A stretch of DNA of 64,000 nucleotides from NCBI GenBank assembly GCA_963780735.1, contig CAWADB010000006.1, forward strand, positions 827,282 through 891,281, written 5' to 3'. This DNA comes from an uncultured Bacteroidales bacterium (GTDB lineage Bacteria; Bacteroidota; Bacteroidia; Bacteroidales; VadinHA17). This document shows, one piece after another, positions 20,279 through 31,294 of the stretch. The translations under genes were made by a program, and so were the position numbers. How positions within the stretch are numbered: position 1 is the stretch's first letter; each line of letters begins with the position of its first letter. A model generated the notes under the pieces. It was given only the letters and a program-made list of their open reading frames with translations, made no database searches and was not told the origin of the DNA.

Positions 20279-21472
20279 CTACTTCGCTGCTTCATAGGCA
20301 TATGCAGCATAAAAGGCAGAAGCAGTGACAAGATCGCTTACCGGGACTTTTTCATCAGGCGAATGGGCGAGCACTTCATTTCCAGGTCCGAAGCCGATCG
20401 TCGGAATGCCATAAATTCCGCAGGTCATTATTCCGTTTGTCGAGAAGGTCCATTTACCAATGCCTGCATCTTTGCCGAACAGGTTCCTGAACGCTGTAAC
20501 ACCATCCTGAACAGCCTTATGTTCTTCGGGCACGGTCCATGTCGGATAATATTTTTCCATTCCGTACTCCAGGCCTGTGTAAGCTATCTCCGAAAAATTG
20601 AGGAGATCAACCTTTGCATTGATTCCTTTAAGTATCTCTTCCACCTCTTTTACAGCCGTCTCCCTGGTCTCGCCGGCAGTCAGCCTCCTGTCGAGATGAA
20701 TGCGGGCATAATCTGACACCGCGCACAGCGAAGGGCTCTTTGAAATTATCTCCGATATCGTAATACTGCCTTTGCCCAGGAACTCATCATGAGCCAGCCT
20801 TTCATTAAGCTTTTCTACTTCCATGGCTGCCCTTGAGGCCATATAGATGGCATTCACCCCGCGCTCAGGCGCTGAGCCGTGGGATGACCTGCCGTAAAAA
20901 TGCACATGCATCTCCATCCTGCCCCGGTGACCCCGGTAAAGATTCAGGTTAGTGGGTTCGGTGAGTATCACCGTGTCGGGTCTGATTTTATCTTCTTCAA
21001 CAATATACTTCCAGCAAAGTCCGTCACAGTCCTCTTCTATCACACTGCCAACGAAATATATTGTGATCTTTTTATCAAATCCCAGCTCCTTTAAAATCCT
21101 TCCGGAGGTGACAAATGCTGCCGGTCCGCCTTTCTGATCCACAGACCCCCGGCCATGTACAAAGCCGTCTTTAATGAGACCGTCCAGGGGTTCAAAGCTC
21201 CAGTTCTGCAGTTCTCCAAGGTCAACGGTATCCATATGGCCGTCGATGCCCAGTACCTTCTTACCCTGACCTATGCGTCCGATGACATTGCCGAGACCGT
21301 CGATGAAAACCTCATCGAATCCGGCCTCTTCCATCTGGCGCTTCAGCTCAAGCTGCACATACTTCTCCTTAGTCGACAATGACTTGATCCTGACTAGTTT
21401 CGACAGGTTCCCGGCAGTATAGTCCCTGTATTTCTCAGCGAGCTCACTGATCCTCGTACTTATGTTATCCAT
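20279..21472 (-). CDS. ygeY: YgeY-family M20 hydrolase
   Basis: DGHMDTV; GRGSVDQKGG; EEDCDG; GKWTFSTNG; adjacent to ygeW. Confidence 0.93.
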   Translation of the reverse strand: MDNISTRISELAEKYRDYTAGNLSKLVRIKSLSTKEKYVQLELKRQMEEAGFDEVFIDGLGNVIGRIGQGKKVLGIDGHMDTVDLGELQNWSFEPLDGLIKDGFVHGRGSVDQKGGPAAFVTSGRILKELGFDKKITIYFVGSVIEEDCDGLCWKYIVEEDKIRPDTVILTEPTNLNLYRGHRGRMEMHVHFYGRSSHGSAPERGVNAIYMASRAAMEVEKLNERLAHDEFLGKGSITISEIISKSPSLCAVSDYARIHLDRRLTAGETRETAVKEVEEILKGINAKVDLLNFSEIAYTGLEYGMEKYYPTWTVPEEHKAVQDGVTAFRNLFGKDAGIGKWTFSTNGIMTCGIYGIPTIGFGPGNEVLAHSPDEKVPVSDLVTASAFYAAYAYEAAK

Positions 21473-21498
21473 GGCATTATTTTAAATTGAAAGGAAAT

Positions 21499-21533
21499 CA
21501 AAGTTATATTAAATACCGTTTAAATTATCTTTG
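21499..21533. promoter_or_regulatory. Back-to-back -7 promoter elements for ygeY-ygeW (-) and the xdhA operon (+)
   Basis: TAACTTTG on minus strand (21506-21499) and TATCTTTG on plus strand (21526-21533). Confidence 0.55.
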
Positions 21534-21537
21534 TTAG

Positions 21538-22942
21538 ATGATAACATTCATACTGAACAATGAGAAGATCATCACAGGAAGCGCAGCCGGATCGTCTCTC
21601 CTTGATTTTATCAGGTATGAAATGGGACTGCCCGGTACAAAGATCGGCTGCCGCGAAGGTGACTGCGGGGCTTGTACGGTGCTCATGGGCAGTATGGTAA
21701 ACGGAACTGTAAGCTATAAAAGCATCGTCTCGTGCCTGACGCCCCTTGTCAATGTACACGGAAAGCATATTGTCACAGTGGAGGGGATAAACACCGGGCA
21801 TCTGTCGCCGGTACAAAAGGCCCTGGTGGTTAATTCAGCCACCCAGTGCGGGTTCTGCACACCCGGTATTGTCATGTCGCTTACGGCGTACAGCCTGGCT
21901 GACATCAAAGCATCAGCAGAAACTGCCGTAGCCGCGGTAAGTGGTAACATATGCCGGTGCACAGGCTATAAATCAATAGAAAAGGCAGCAGAAGCGATCG
22001 CAGATACCCTCAAAAATAAAAATATCAGTGACCCGGTCAGGTGGCTGGTGGAACAGAAGCACCTTCCGGATTACTTCCTGACTATTGCTGAAAGACTTGC
22101 CCAAATAATGAGCGCTGAGCCTCCAGTCACAGATAAAGGTATCAGAATCGCCGGCGGGACTGACCTCATGGTACAGAGGGCTGAAGAACTGGGCGGAACT
22201 GACATCGTTTCCTTTCAGTACAGAAAAGACTTGCATGGTATCAATATTTCCAACGGCAGGTGCTTCATCGGAGCAGCGGTGACAATGAGCGAGGTGGAAC
22301 ATTCTACGGCGCTAATGAAGATTTATTCCGGAGCTGCCTTCTTATATGAAGCTCATCGCCTCCGAACCTGTCAGGAACATGGCCACTGTCGCAGGTAATA
22401 TTGTTAACGCATCACCAATCGGAGATATGTCTGTCATGCTTCTTGCGCTCAATGCCGAAGTGACCGTTGAAGGAGCCGGGCAGATCAGGAATGTTCCGTT
22501 GAAGAATTTTTTCCTGGGTTACAAAAAGATTGACCTTGCTGCCGGAGAATTTATAAGCAGTATATCATTTGATTATAAGCCCGAGCCTGCCATTTTCAGC
22601 TTCGAGAAGGTAAGCAAAAGAACCCACCTGGATATTGCAAGCGTCAACAGCGCCATGCAGCTGACAATGCAGGGTCAGAATATAAGTGAATGTTATCTTT
22701 CAGCAGGAGGTGTCAGTCCTGTTCCGTTGTTTCTCAGGAAGACATGTGAGTTTTTCGCCGGCAAGCCCGTAACTGAGGAGATCATCCTGAAGGCCAACAT
22801 GGTGATGCAGGAAGAGATCTCCCCTATCAGTGATGTCCGGGGCAGCGAAGAATACAAGAGGTTGCTTCTGAGACAGCTTCTTATTGCTCATTTTCTCAGG
22901 CTGTTCCCCGAAAGGTTGAATATCAGTATTGACAAGCTATGA
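21538..22942 (+). CDS. xdhA: Xanthine dehydrogenase small subunit (2x[2Fe-2S] + FAD), frameshifted
   Basis: GCREGDCGAC; QCGFCTPG; NICRCTGY; AGGTDL; ATVAGNIVNASPIGD; KVSKRTHLDI; indel near 22330. Confidence 0.9.
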
Positions 22943-25192
22943 ACAACCTCGATGCCACCGGTCATGTAACAGGTAAATCAGTCTATCTTGACGATATACC
23001 CGTTCTGAAGAACTGCCTGCATGGAGTTGTCTTTTGCTCTCCCTGCCGCTCACGGGAAGATAACCCGTCTTGACGTCTCCGAGGCGATGTCGCTGCCCGG
23101 TGTTCAAAAGGTCTTTACCTGGAAAGACATCCCGGGCAGGAATGACATCGGAGGAATTATTCCTGATGAGATGCTTTTTGCACAGGATAAAGTTCATTTC
23201 AGGGGTCAGCCCGTAGCGCTTGTTGTTGCCACTGATGAACGTACTGCAAGGAAAGCCGCGAAGCTTATCAAAATAGAAATCAGTGAGCTGGAAGTGATCA
23301 CTGACCCACGTCTTGCAAGAGAGAAAGGCCTTCTGCTTATTCCATCGCGTACTTTCAGGATGGGTGACATATCTGCTGCCTGGTCAGGTTGCGATCATAT
23401 CATTGAGGGCAGGGTTGAGAGCGGCGCCCAGGAGCATCTTTACATCGAGACACAGGGTGCCTATGCCTATCCCTCCGGCAACGGAGGCATAAAGATCCAC
23501 TCTTCCACACAGGGACCGACGCTCGTTCAGAAAGTGGCAGCAAGGGTCCTGTCCCTCCCCATGAATCATATCGAGGTGGATGTGACACGGCTGGGCGGCG
23601 CTTTCGGCGGCAAGGAAGACCAGGCCACAGGCGTGGCTGTCATGGCAGCACTGGCTGCATACCTGCTTGACCGTCCTGTCAAAATCACCCTGCACCGCGG
23701 AGATGACATGCGCATGACGGGAAAACGACACCCCTACAGCTCCGATTTTAAGATAGGACTTACAAAAGATCTCAGGATAAAGGCCTTTCAGGCAGTTCTT
23801 TACCAGAACGGGGGCGCTGCCGCTGATCTCTCCCCGGCGATAATGGAACGGACATTATTCCATTCGACAAACGCCTACTTTATCCCGAACACAGAGGTGA
23901 CTGTACACAGCTGCAAAACCAACCTGCCGCCCAACACCGCATTCAGGGGCTTCGGCGCCCCGCAGGGGATGTTCGTTATCGAAGCTGCCATTGCGATGGC
24001 GGCACGTGAGCTGAAGGTGCCTGCCCGTTTGATTCAGCAGGCGAACTTCCTGAAGGAAAACGACGAGTTCCAGTTTGGCCAGAAAGCCAAAGAGGTAAAT
24101 ATTGGCAAGTGTTATGCTGCCCTTGACAGAAGTTTTGATCTTGGTAATATCGAAAAGGAGATCTCTGATTTCAACAGCAAAAAGACAATATACAGGAAAG
24201 GCATGGCTGTCATGCCGGTATGCTTTGGCGTCTCCTTCACCAATACATCGATGAACCAGGCCCGTGCCCTCGTTCACATCTACCAGGACGGCAGCATAGG
24301 TATAAGTACGGGAGCAGTGGAGATGGGGCAGGGTGTCAACACAAAGCTTGTACAGGTTGCAGCAAGAGTGTTCTCTGTAAGCGCAGACAGGATAAAGATT
24401 GAATCCACCAATACATCAAGGGTTGCCAACACTTCACCCACAGCCGCCAGCTCAGGAGCCGATCTCAATGGCAATGCCCTTCTGATAGCCTGTAACGAGC
24501 TTCTGGTTAGACTGAAGTCTGTGGCTGCCGCAACAGTTAACTGCAGCCCAGAAGAAATTGAAATTCGTGATGAAAAGGTTCTTAAGAACGGTTCACCAAC
24601 TGATATCACGTGGGAAAAACTGGTGACCACAGCCTTTCTCAGCAGGGTATCATTGTCAGCGCAGGGCCATTATGCCACTCCCAAAATCTGGTTTGACAAA
24701 ACAAAGGAGAAAGGCCAGCCCTTTGCCTACCATGTATACGGTACGGCAGTTGTCGTCGTCAGGCTTGACTGTCTGCGAGGCACATATAAGATCGAAAAGG
24801 TACAGATAGTGCACGACTTCGGTAACAGCCTCAATCCGTCGATAGACATGGGTCAGATTGAAGGCGGGGTGATGCAGGGTATCGGCTGGATGACAACGGA
24901 AGAGGTCCTGTTTAATAAGGAAGGCCGCATGCTGACCGACAGCCTTTCCACATATAAGGTGCCGGATATATATTCCGCCCCCGAAGTACTCGTTTGCCAT
25001 GCCCTGGAGACAGAAGGGCCTGAGCTGGCCATCTTTAAATCAAAGGCTGTGGGAGAGCCGCCGTTAATGTATGGCATAGGAGCTTTCTTCGCCCTGCAGA
25101 ACGCTGTGAAGGCATTCAATCCTCAATGGCAGCCCGACTATGATGCACCCCTGACACCTGAAAAAATCCTGATGAGACTTTATGCCCGCTAA
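22939..25192 (+). CDS. xdhB: Xanthine dehydrogenase molybdopterin-binding subunit, frameshift near 5' end
   Basis: ATG at 22939 (MNNLDATGHVTGKSVYLDD) overlaps xdhA stop; QEHLYIE, GGAFGGKE, TAFRGFG and SKAVGEPP catalytic motifs. Confidence 0.92.
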
Positions 25193-28100
25193 ATTCTATC
25201 CAGTCTCCCTGAGCCAGCTACTCAGACTCATTATTTCACGAGCTTGACAACGAAACAGGTGTTTTCGGAATTCCGCAGGAATTGTTTTTCGCTCCGCGTG
25301 AAAATGAACCCTTAAGAACAGAAATATTCGGACATAAGCTGCATTCGCCGCTGGGCGTTGCAGCCGGGGCCACACACACAACTTGCACAGAATATTGTTG
25401 CAGCCTGGCTAATGGGCTCCCGTTATATTGAACTGAAGACAGTACAGACACTCGATGAGATTGAAGTCCCGAAACCCTGCATCGATATGCAGGACGAGGG
25501 CTATAACTGTGAATGGTCCCAGGAGCTTACAATAAAAGAGAGCTTTGATGAATACCTGAATGCCTGGATAATAATCCACATCCTTAACCACAGGTTCGGA
25601 TGGGGAAATGATCCGGGGACTGTATTCAACATGAGCGCAGGTTACAACCTTCAGGGGATCCTGAACGCCAATGTTCAGTGGTTCCTTGACAAGATGGGGG
25701 ACTGCAGCGAAGAGCTCGCCGGCAGGATTAATGAAATAATTGGTATTTATCCTGCCGTTGCCGCTATCGGAATCCCTTCGGCAATATCTGATAACATCAC
25801 CCTCTCGACAATGCATGGTTGTCCGGCAGATGAGATAGAAGACATTGCCCGCTATCTGCTCGAAAAGAGGAAGCTGCATACCCTCGTAAAACTGAACCCG
25901 ACACTGCTCGGCCCTGAGATGCTGAGAGAAATCCTGAATGACAAACTAAGGTTCAAGACAATCGTGCCTGATGAAGCATTCGGGCACGACCTCAAATATC
26001 CGGATGCTGTAAGGATAATAAAGTCTCTTCAGAAAACAGCCGCGGAAAACAATCTTCAGTTTGGCCTGAAACTGACGAATACCCTTGAATCACTGAATAA
26101 TAAGAATGTCTTTGGCAATGATGTCAGCATGATGTACATGAGTGGCCGGGCGCTCCATCCGATCTCTGTAAATCTTGCCAGAAAGCTGCAGGAAGAGTTC
26201 TCCGGTGAATTGCTGCTTTCTTTTTCTGCAGGTGCAAATGCATTCAACATATCGGACCTTTTATCATGCGGGTTCAGGACGGTGACCACCTGCTCCGATC
26301 TCCTGAAGCCAGGCGGTTATATGAGGCTGAACCAGTACTTTGATGAGCTGAATAAATCCCTTCGAAGCAAAGCCGCAGACGGCATTGACGACTATATTAC
26401 CAGGCTGGCCGGCCAAAAAGACCTGACGGCAGCAGCCTTATACAACCTGTCACGTTACAGTGCTGAAGTCCTCACCAGTAAGGAGTACAGAAGGGAATAC
26501 ATTAAACCGCCTGACATAAAAACTGACCGCCCCCTTGGCTACTTTGACTGCATTTCCGCACCGTGCCGTGATACCTGTGCCACCAGCCAGGATATTCCCG
26601 AGTACCTGCGTTTTACAGCAGCGGGACAGTTTGACAAAGCTTATGAGGTCATTCTGAGAACCAATCCTTTTCCTTCCGTGACAGGAATGGTCTGCGATCA
26701 TCTCTGCCAGGGCAAATGCACGAGGATCAACTATGATGATCCCCTGCAGATCCGCGAGGTCAAGCGTTTCATTTCCGAACAGGATGAAGTACGTCTCAAG
26801 CCGGCTGCAGATAACGGCCTCAGTGCTGCCGTCATCGGGGCAGGACCATCAGGACTGTCATTTGCGTATTATCTCAGGATGGTGGGTTTCAGGGTTGATG
26901 TGTTCGAAGCAAAGTCAAAGGCCGGAGGGATGGTGCAGTACGCTATCCCCGGCTTCCGGCTGACTGATGAAGCAGTTGCCAATGATATCAGGCGCATAAC
27001 GGACCTGGGAGTCAATATTAATTACAACACTCCTGTTGACACAGCTAAGTTTGTGTCGCTGAAAAAAGACTACTCTTACATCTTTATCGGGTCAGGAGCC
27101 CAGCTCTCCTCCCCTCTTGAACATTGAAGGAGCAGATGCGGCAGGCGTACTTGAGCCACTTGAGTTCCTCTTCCGCGCAAGAAAGGGTGAGAAGACCGGC
27201 ATCGGCAAAAGAGTGGTCATCATCGGAGGCGGCAATACTGCCATGGATGCAGCCCGCACAGCATACCGCCTGGCAGGTGAAGATGGCAGGGTGACAATCG
27301 TTTACCGCCGCACAGTCAACGAGATGCCTGCCGACCAGGGCGAAATAAAAGCGGTGATCGAGGAGGGAATGGAAATAATTGAACTTGCATCTCCTGAAAA
27401 AGTATTTCAGCAAGGAGGCAGGGTGGCAGGTCTTCAGTGCAGCAGGATGGAGTTGAAAGGATTCGATAAGGCCGGCAGACCGGCTCCTGTGAAGATTGAA
27501 GGGTCAGCCTTTGAGATACCATGTGACACAATAATACCTGCCATAGGCCAGCTGACGGATATCGGCTTTGCCAGTCGCGAAGAGCTTGCTGCCGGACACG
27601 GTACTTATAAAACCCGGCTGGGAAATGTATACATCGGCGGTGATGCCATGCGAGGGGCATCCACAGCCATCAACGCCATAGGCGACGGCAGGAAAGCTGC
27701 AGAACAGGTAATCCGGAATGCCGGTATAGATTTCTCCATTGAAAAGCCGGTTCAGGATATGAGCTTTTCAGACAAGGGAGCTGTTGATCAGGCGTTCAAA
27801 ACGCATCAGTGCAGAACAACCAGCGGAGCTGACCACCGAACAGCGGAGAACCTTCAGCCTTGTCAGCCTGACACAGGACAGTGACACTGTGGTAAATGAA
27901 GCAGAACGATGCCTCTCGTGCGATGAGATGTGCAGCATATGTACCACCGTCTGCCCCAATCTTGCCAATCGCTCTTATAATTTAACCCCTCGCACTTTCA
28001 TTCTTCAGAAAGCCGCCAGGTGCCGAAAACGGAGAGATACACTATTCAGACGACGGCTCCCTGGAGATTAAACAGAAGTATCAGATAATCAATATCGCCA

Positions 28101-28465
28101 ACTTCTGCAATGAGTGCGGCAACTGCAACACCTTCTGCCCCACTGCCGGTGCTCCCTGGAAGGATAAGCCAAAGTTTTACCTGACAGTCCCGTCATTCAA
28201 CCAGGCTGAAGAGGGTTACTTCCTCTCGGTGCTGAGAAACAAAAAGAACCTGATATATAAACTTAACGGCAACATTACAACCCTCTCCGAATTTCCGGAT
28301 GAGTACGTTTTTGAAAATGACTATGTGACAGCAACATTCAGCAAGAAGGAGTTCAGCCTGACCTCGGCAAAATTCAATACACCCTGCGTCAGGGAGGCTC
28401 ATTTCCGCCAGGCTGCGGAGATGTCTGTTCTGTTAAAGGCAGCTGAAAACCTGCTGCAGGCATGA
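25182..28465 (+). CDS. ygfK: YgfK-type flavin/Fe-S oxidoreductase, several frameshifts
   Basis: GPHTQLAQNI, VKLNPTLLG, GLKLTNT, MYMSGR; GltD-like GAGPSG and GGGNTAMD; C-terminal CSICTTVCPN and CNECGNCNTFCP; start MPAKFYP at 25182. Confidence 0.9.
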
Positions 28466-28537
28466 CAAAGGATACCGGTTTTTTATCTGCATAATGGTTA
28501 ACTTGCAAATCTGATTTATCTCAAACCAACGGATATT

Positions 28538-30021
28538 ATGATCCAGCCTATTGATAAAATTACAAGTGAGACGGCGCTTGAAAATGCCGTCAACCGCTTC
28601 AGGGAACGGGGGATCATCCTTCCCACCTTCGAACAGCAACGGAATCCTGATCTGATTCCCGAAAAAATCAAATCCGGACTGAAAGAGGTCGGACTGTGGG
28701 ATATCAATCCTCTTAATCTCTTCCGCATTACATGGAAGAATGAGCCGGTTGAAAAGGGCGGCCTCTACGGCAATGTCAACTTCATTGAGCTTCCGGCAGC
28801 ACTCACAGGGGTGGAAGCGCGCATCATCGTTCTCACCGGCAAATGGTTTCCCGACAGGCGCCCATAAAGTCGGTGCTGCATACGGATGCCTTGCTCCCAG
28901 GATAACCACCGGTGGCTTCGACCCCACCTGGCACAAGGCAGTATGGCCATCGACGGGCAACTATTGCAGGGGCGGCGCATTCGATTCGAAACTCATGGGA
29001 ACAGAATCCGTTGCCATCCTCCCGGAGGAGATGAGCAAAGAACGTTTTACCTGGCTGCGCGATGTGATAGGGTCAGAGGTCATTGCAACACCGGGATGCG
29101 AATCCAATGTAAAAGAGATCTATGACAAATGCTGGGAGATACGACGCACGCGTCCCGAATGCATCATCTTCAACCAGTTCGATGAGTTTGGCAACAGCGC
29201 CTGGCATTATAATGTCACCGGCCATGCCATTGAAGAAGCCTGGAACATGGCAAGAACAGGCAGTAGCAGGCTCGCAGCCTATATCTCGGCAACAGGATCG
29301 GCCGGGACAATAGCGGCAGGCGATTACCTGAGAACAATAGCCCCTGCACATTAAAGTGGTAGCCTCGGAAGCCCTCCAGTGCCCCACACTCCTCATGAAC
29401 GGCTTCGGGGGACACAGGATAGAGGGCATTGGCGACAAGCATGTCCCGTGGATACACAATGTGAAAAACACCGATGTTGTCACTGCGATAGACGATGAAG
29501 ACTGCATGAAGACTTTCCGGCTGTTCAATGAGAAAAAGGGGCAGGATTACCTCAGGTCAATCGGGATACCCAAAGATGTTGTCAGTAATCTGCCTCTGCT
29601 GGGCATCTCCGGCATCGGTAACCTTATCTCGGCCATCAAGACAGCCAGGTATTTTGAAATGACGGCTGATGATATCATTGTCACAATAGCCACCGACTCT
29701 GCGGAAATGTACAGGTCAAGACTTGAAGAACTGAATCAGGAAAGAGGTGAGTATGATATCCTGCAGGCTGTCAGGGACTTTGAAAAATGTCTGGCCGGCT
29801 CACGGACCGACAACATGAAAGAGCTCAGTTACACTGACCGGAAAGCGATCCATAACCTGAAATATTATACCTGGGTTGAACAGCAGGGAAAAGATGTTGA
29901 AGACCTGAACCAGCTTTGGTACGACCGCGATATCTGGAACAAAATGTTCCTGCAGGTTAAACGGTGGGATGAGCTGATAAATGAATTTAACGAACGAACG
30001 GGCCTGCTGAAAGATATTTAG
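28538..30021 (+). CDS. PLP-dependent fold-type II enzyme of unknown function, frameshifted
   Basis: [11 protein letters not shown] lysine motif; STGNY; ATGSAGT phosphate loop; IEGIG; three pieces. Confidence 0.8.
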
Positions 30022-30054
30022 CAATCCATACTTATCAGGCATACCACTCCGTCA

Positions 30055-31294
30055 ATGAGACCTACAGGCTATATATATAAATGCAATGATTGCGGCAGGG
30101 AATACAGTACTTTCGGAATCATGTATCTTTGTCCGTGGTGCAGCTCCGGGCAACAGTAAGACTGCCCCGCCCAAGGGCGTACTGAGGATACTCTATGACT
30201 ATCCGGAGGTCCGGAAAAGCATCACAGGTTTTACAGATCTGAAAAATAACGGTTTTATCAGCCTTCTTCCCATTGACCGTATTGGCAGCCTTCCTGCACT
30301 CAGGGTGGGCAACACTCCATTGTATCCGGTGACTGAGCTCGATGGCTCCAGGCTGCCTTTCAGCCTTCGCCTTAAAGATGATTCCCAAAATCCTACCTGG
30401 TCGTTCAAGGACAGGGCCTCAGCACTTGTATCGGCGTTCGCAAAGGAGAAGAAGCTTGGAATTATTGTTGCCGCCTCAACCGGAAATGCAGGCTCATCAC
30501 TTGCCGGTATCTGCGCTTCCCAAAGACAAAAAGCGGTGATAATAGTTCCTGAAAAAGCGCCACTGGCCAAACTCACCCAGATCATTATGTACGGCGCCAC
30601 GCTTATTCCGGTAAAAGGCACATATGACGAGGCGTTTGACCTGAGCGTGAAGGCAACCGAAGAGTTCGGCTGGTATAACAGGAACACCGCATATAACCCC
30701 CTCACAATAGAAGGGAAAAAAATAGTATCGTTTGAGCTGTTTGAGCAGATGGGAAACATTGTGCCCGACAGGATCTTCATATCCGCAGGCGACGGAGTGA
30801 TCGTTTCCGGTGTTTACAAGGGATTTGAAGACCTCCTGGAGCTGAACATCATTGACAGGATGCCTGTGATGGTCGTTGTTCAATCGGAGAAGAGCGATAA
30901 CCTGGTAAGGAACATAGGCAAAAAGGATTTCACAGTCATTCCATCAACCACCGTAGCAGACTCCATCTCTGTTGACATCCCGAGGAACTTTTATATGGCA
31001 CAGCATTTCATTCAGAAATACAACGGAGAGACACTGACAGTATCCGATGACGAAATACTGACCGCTTCAAGGAACCTGTCCGGGAACACCGGCCTGTTTG
31101 CCGAGCCTGCTGCCGCCACGGCATTTGCAGGACTGCTTTCATACATGAAACAGGGACGCATACCGTCACGCTCCTCCAACGTTGTTCTCCTGACGGGAAG
31201 CGGACTGAAAGACCTGAAGGCTGTCGGTCCCCTGCTGAATATGCCGGCATCAATTGATCCTTCCATCACTAACCTGAAGAAGCTCCTTCAATGA
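30055..31294 (+). CDS. Threonine synthase-like PLP enzyme with N-terminal Zn ribbon, frameshift near 5' end
   Basis: CNDCG..CPWC from ATG 30055; NPTWSFKDRA; ASTGNAG; EGKK; EPAAA; LTGSGLKD. Confidence 0.85.
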
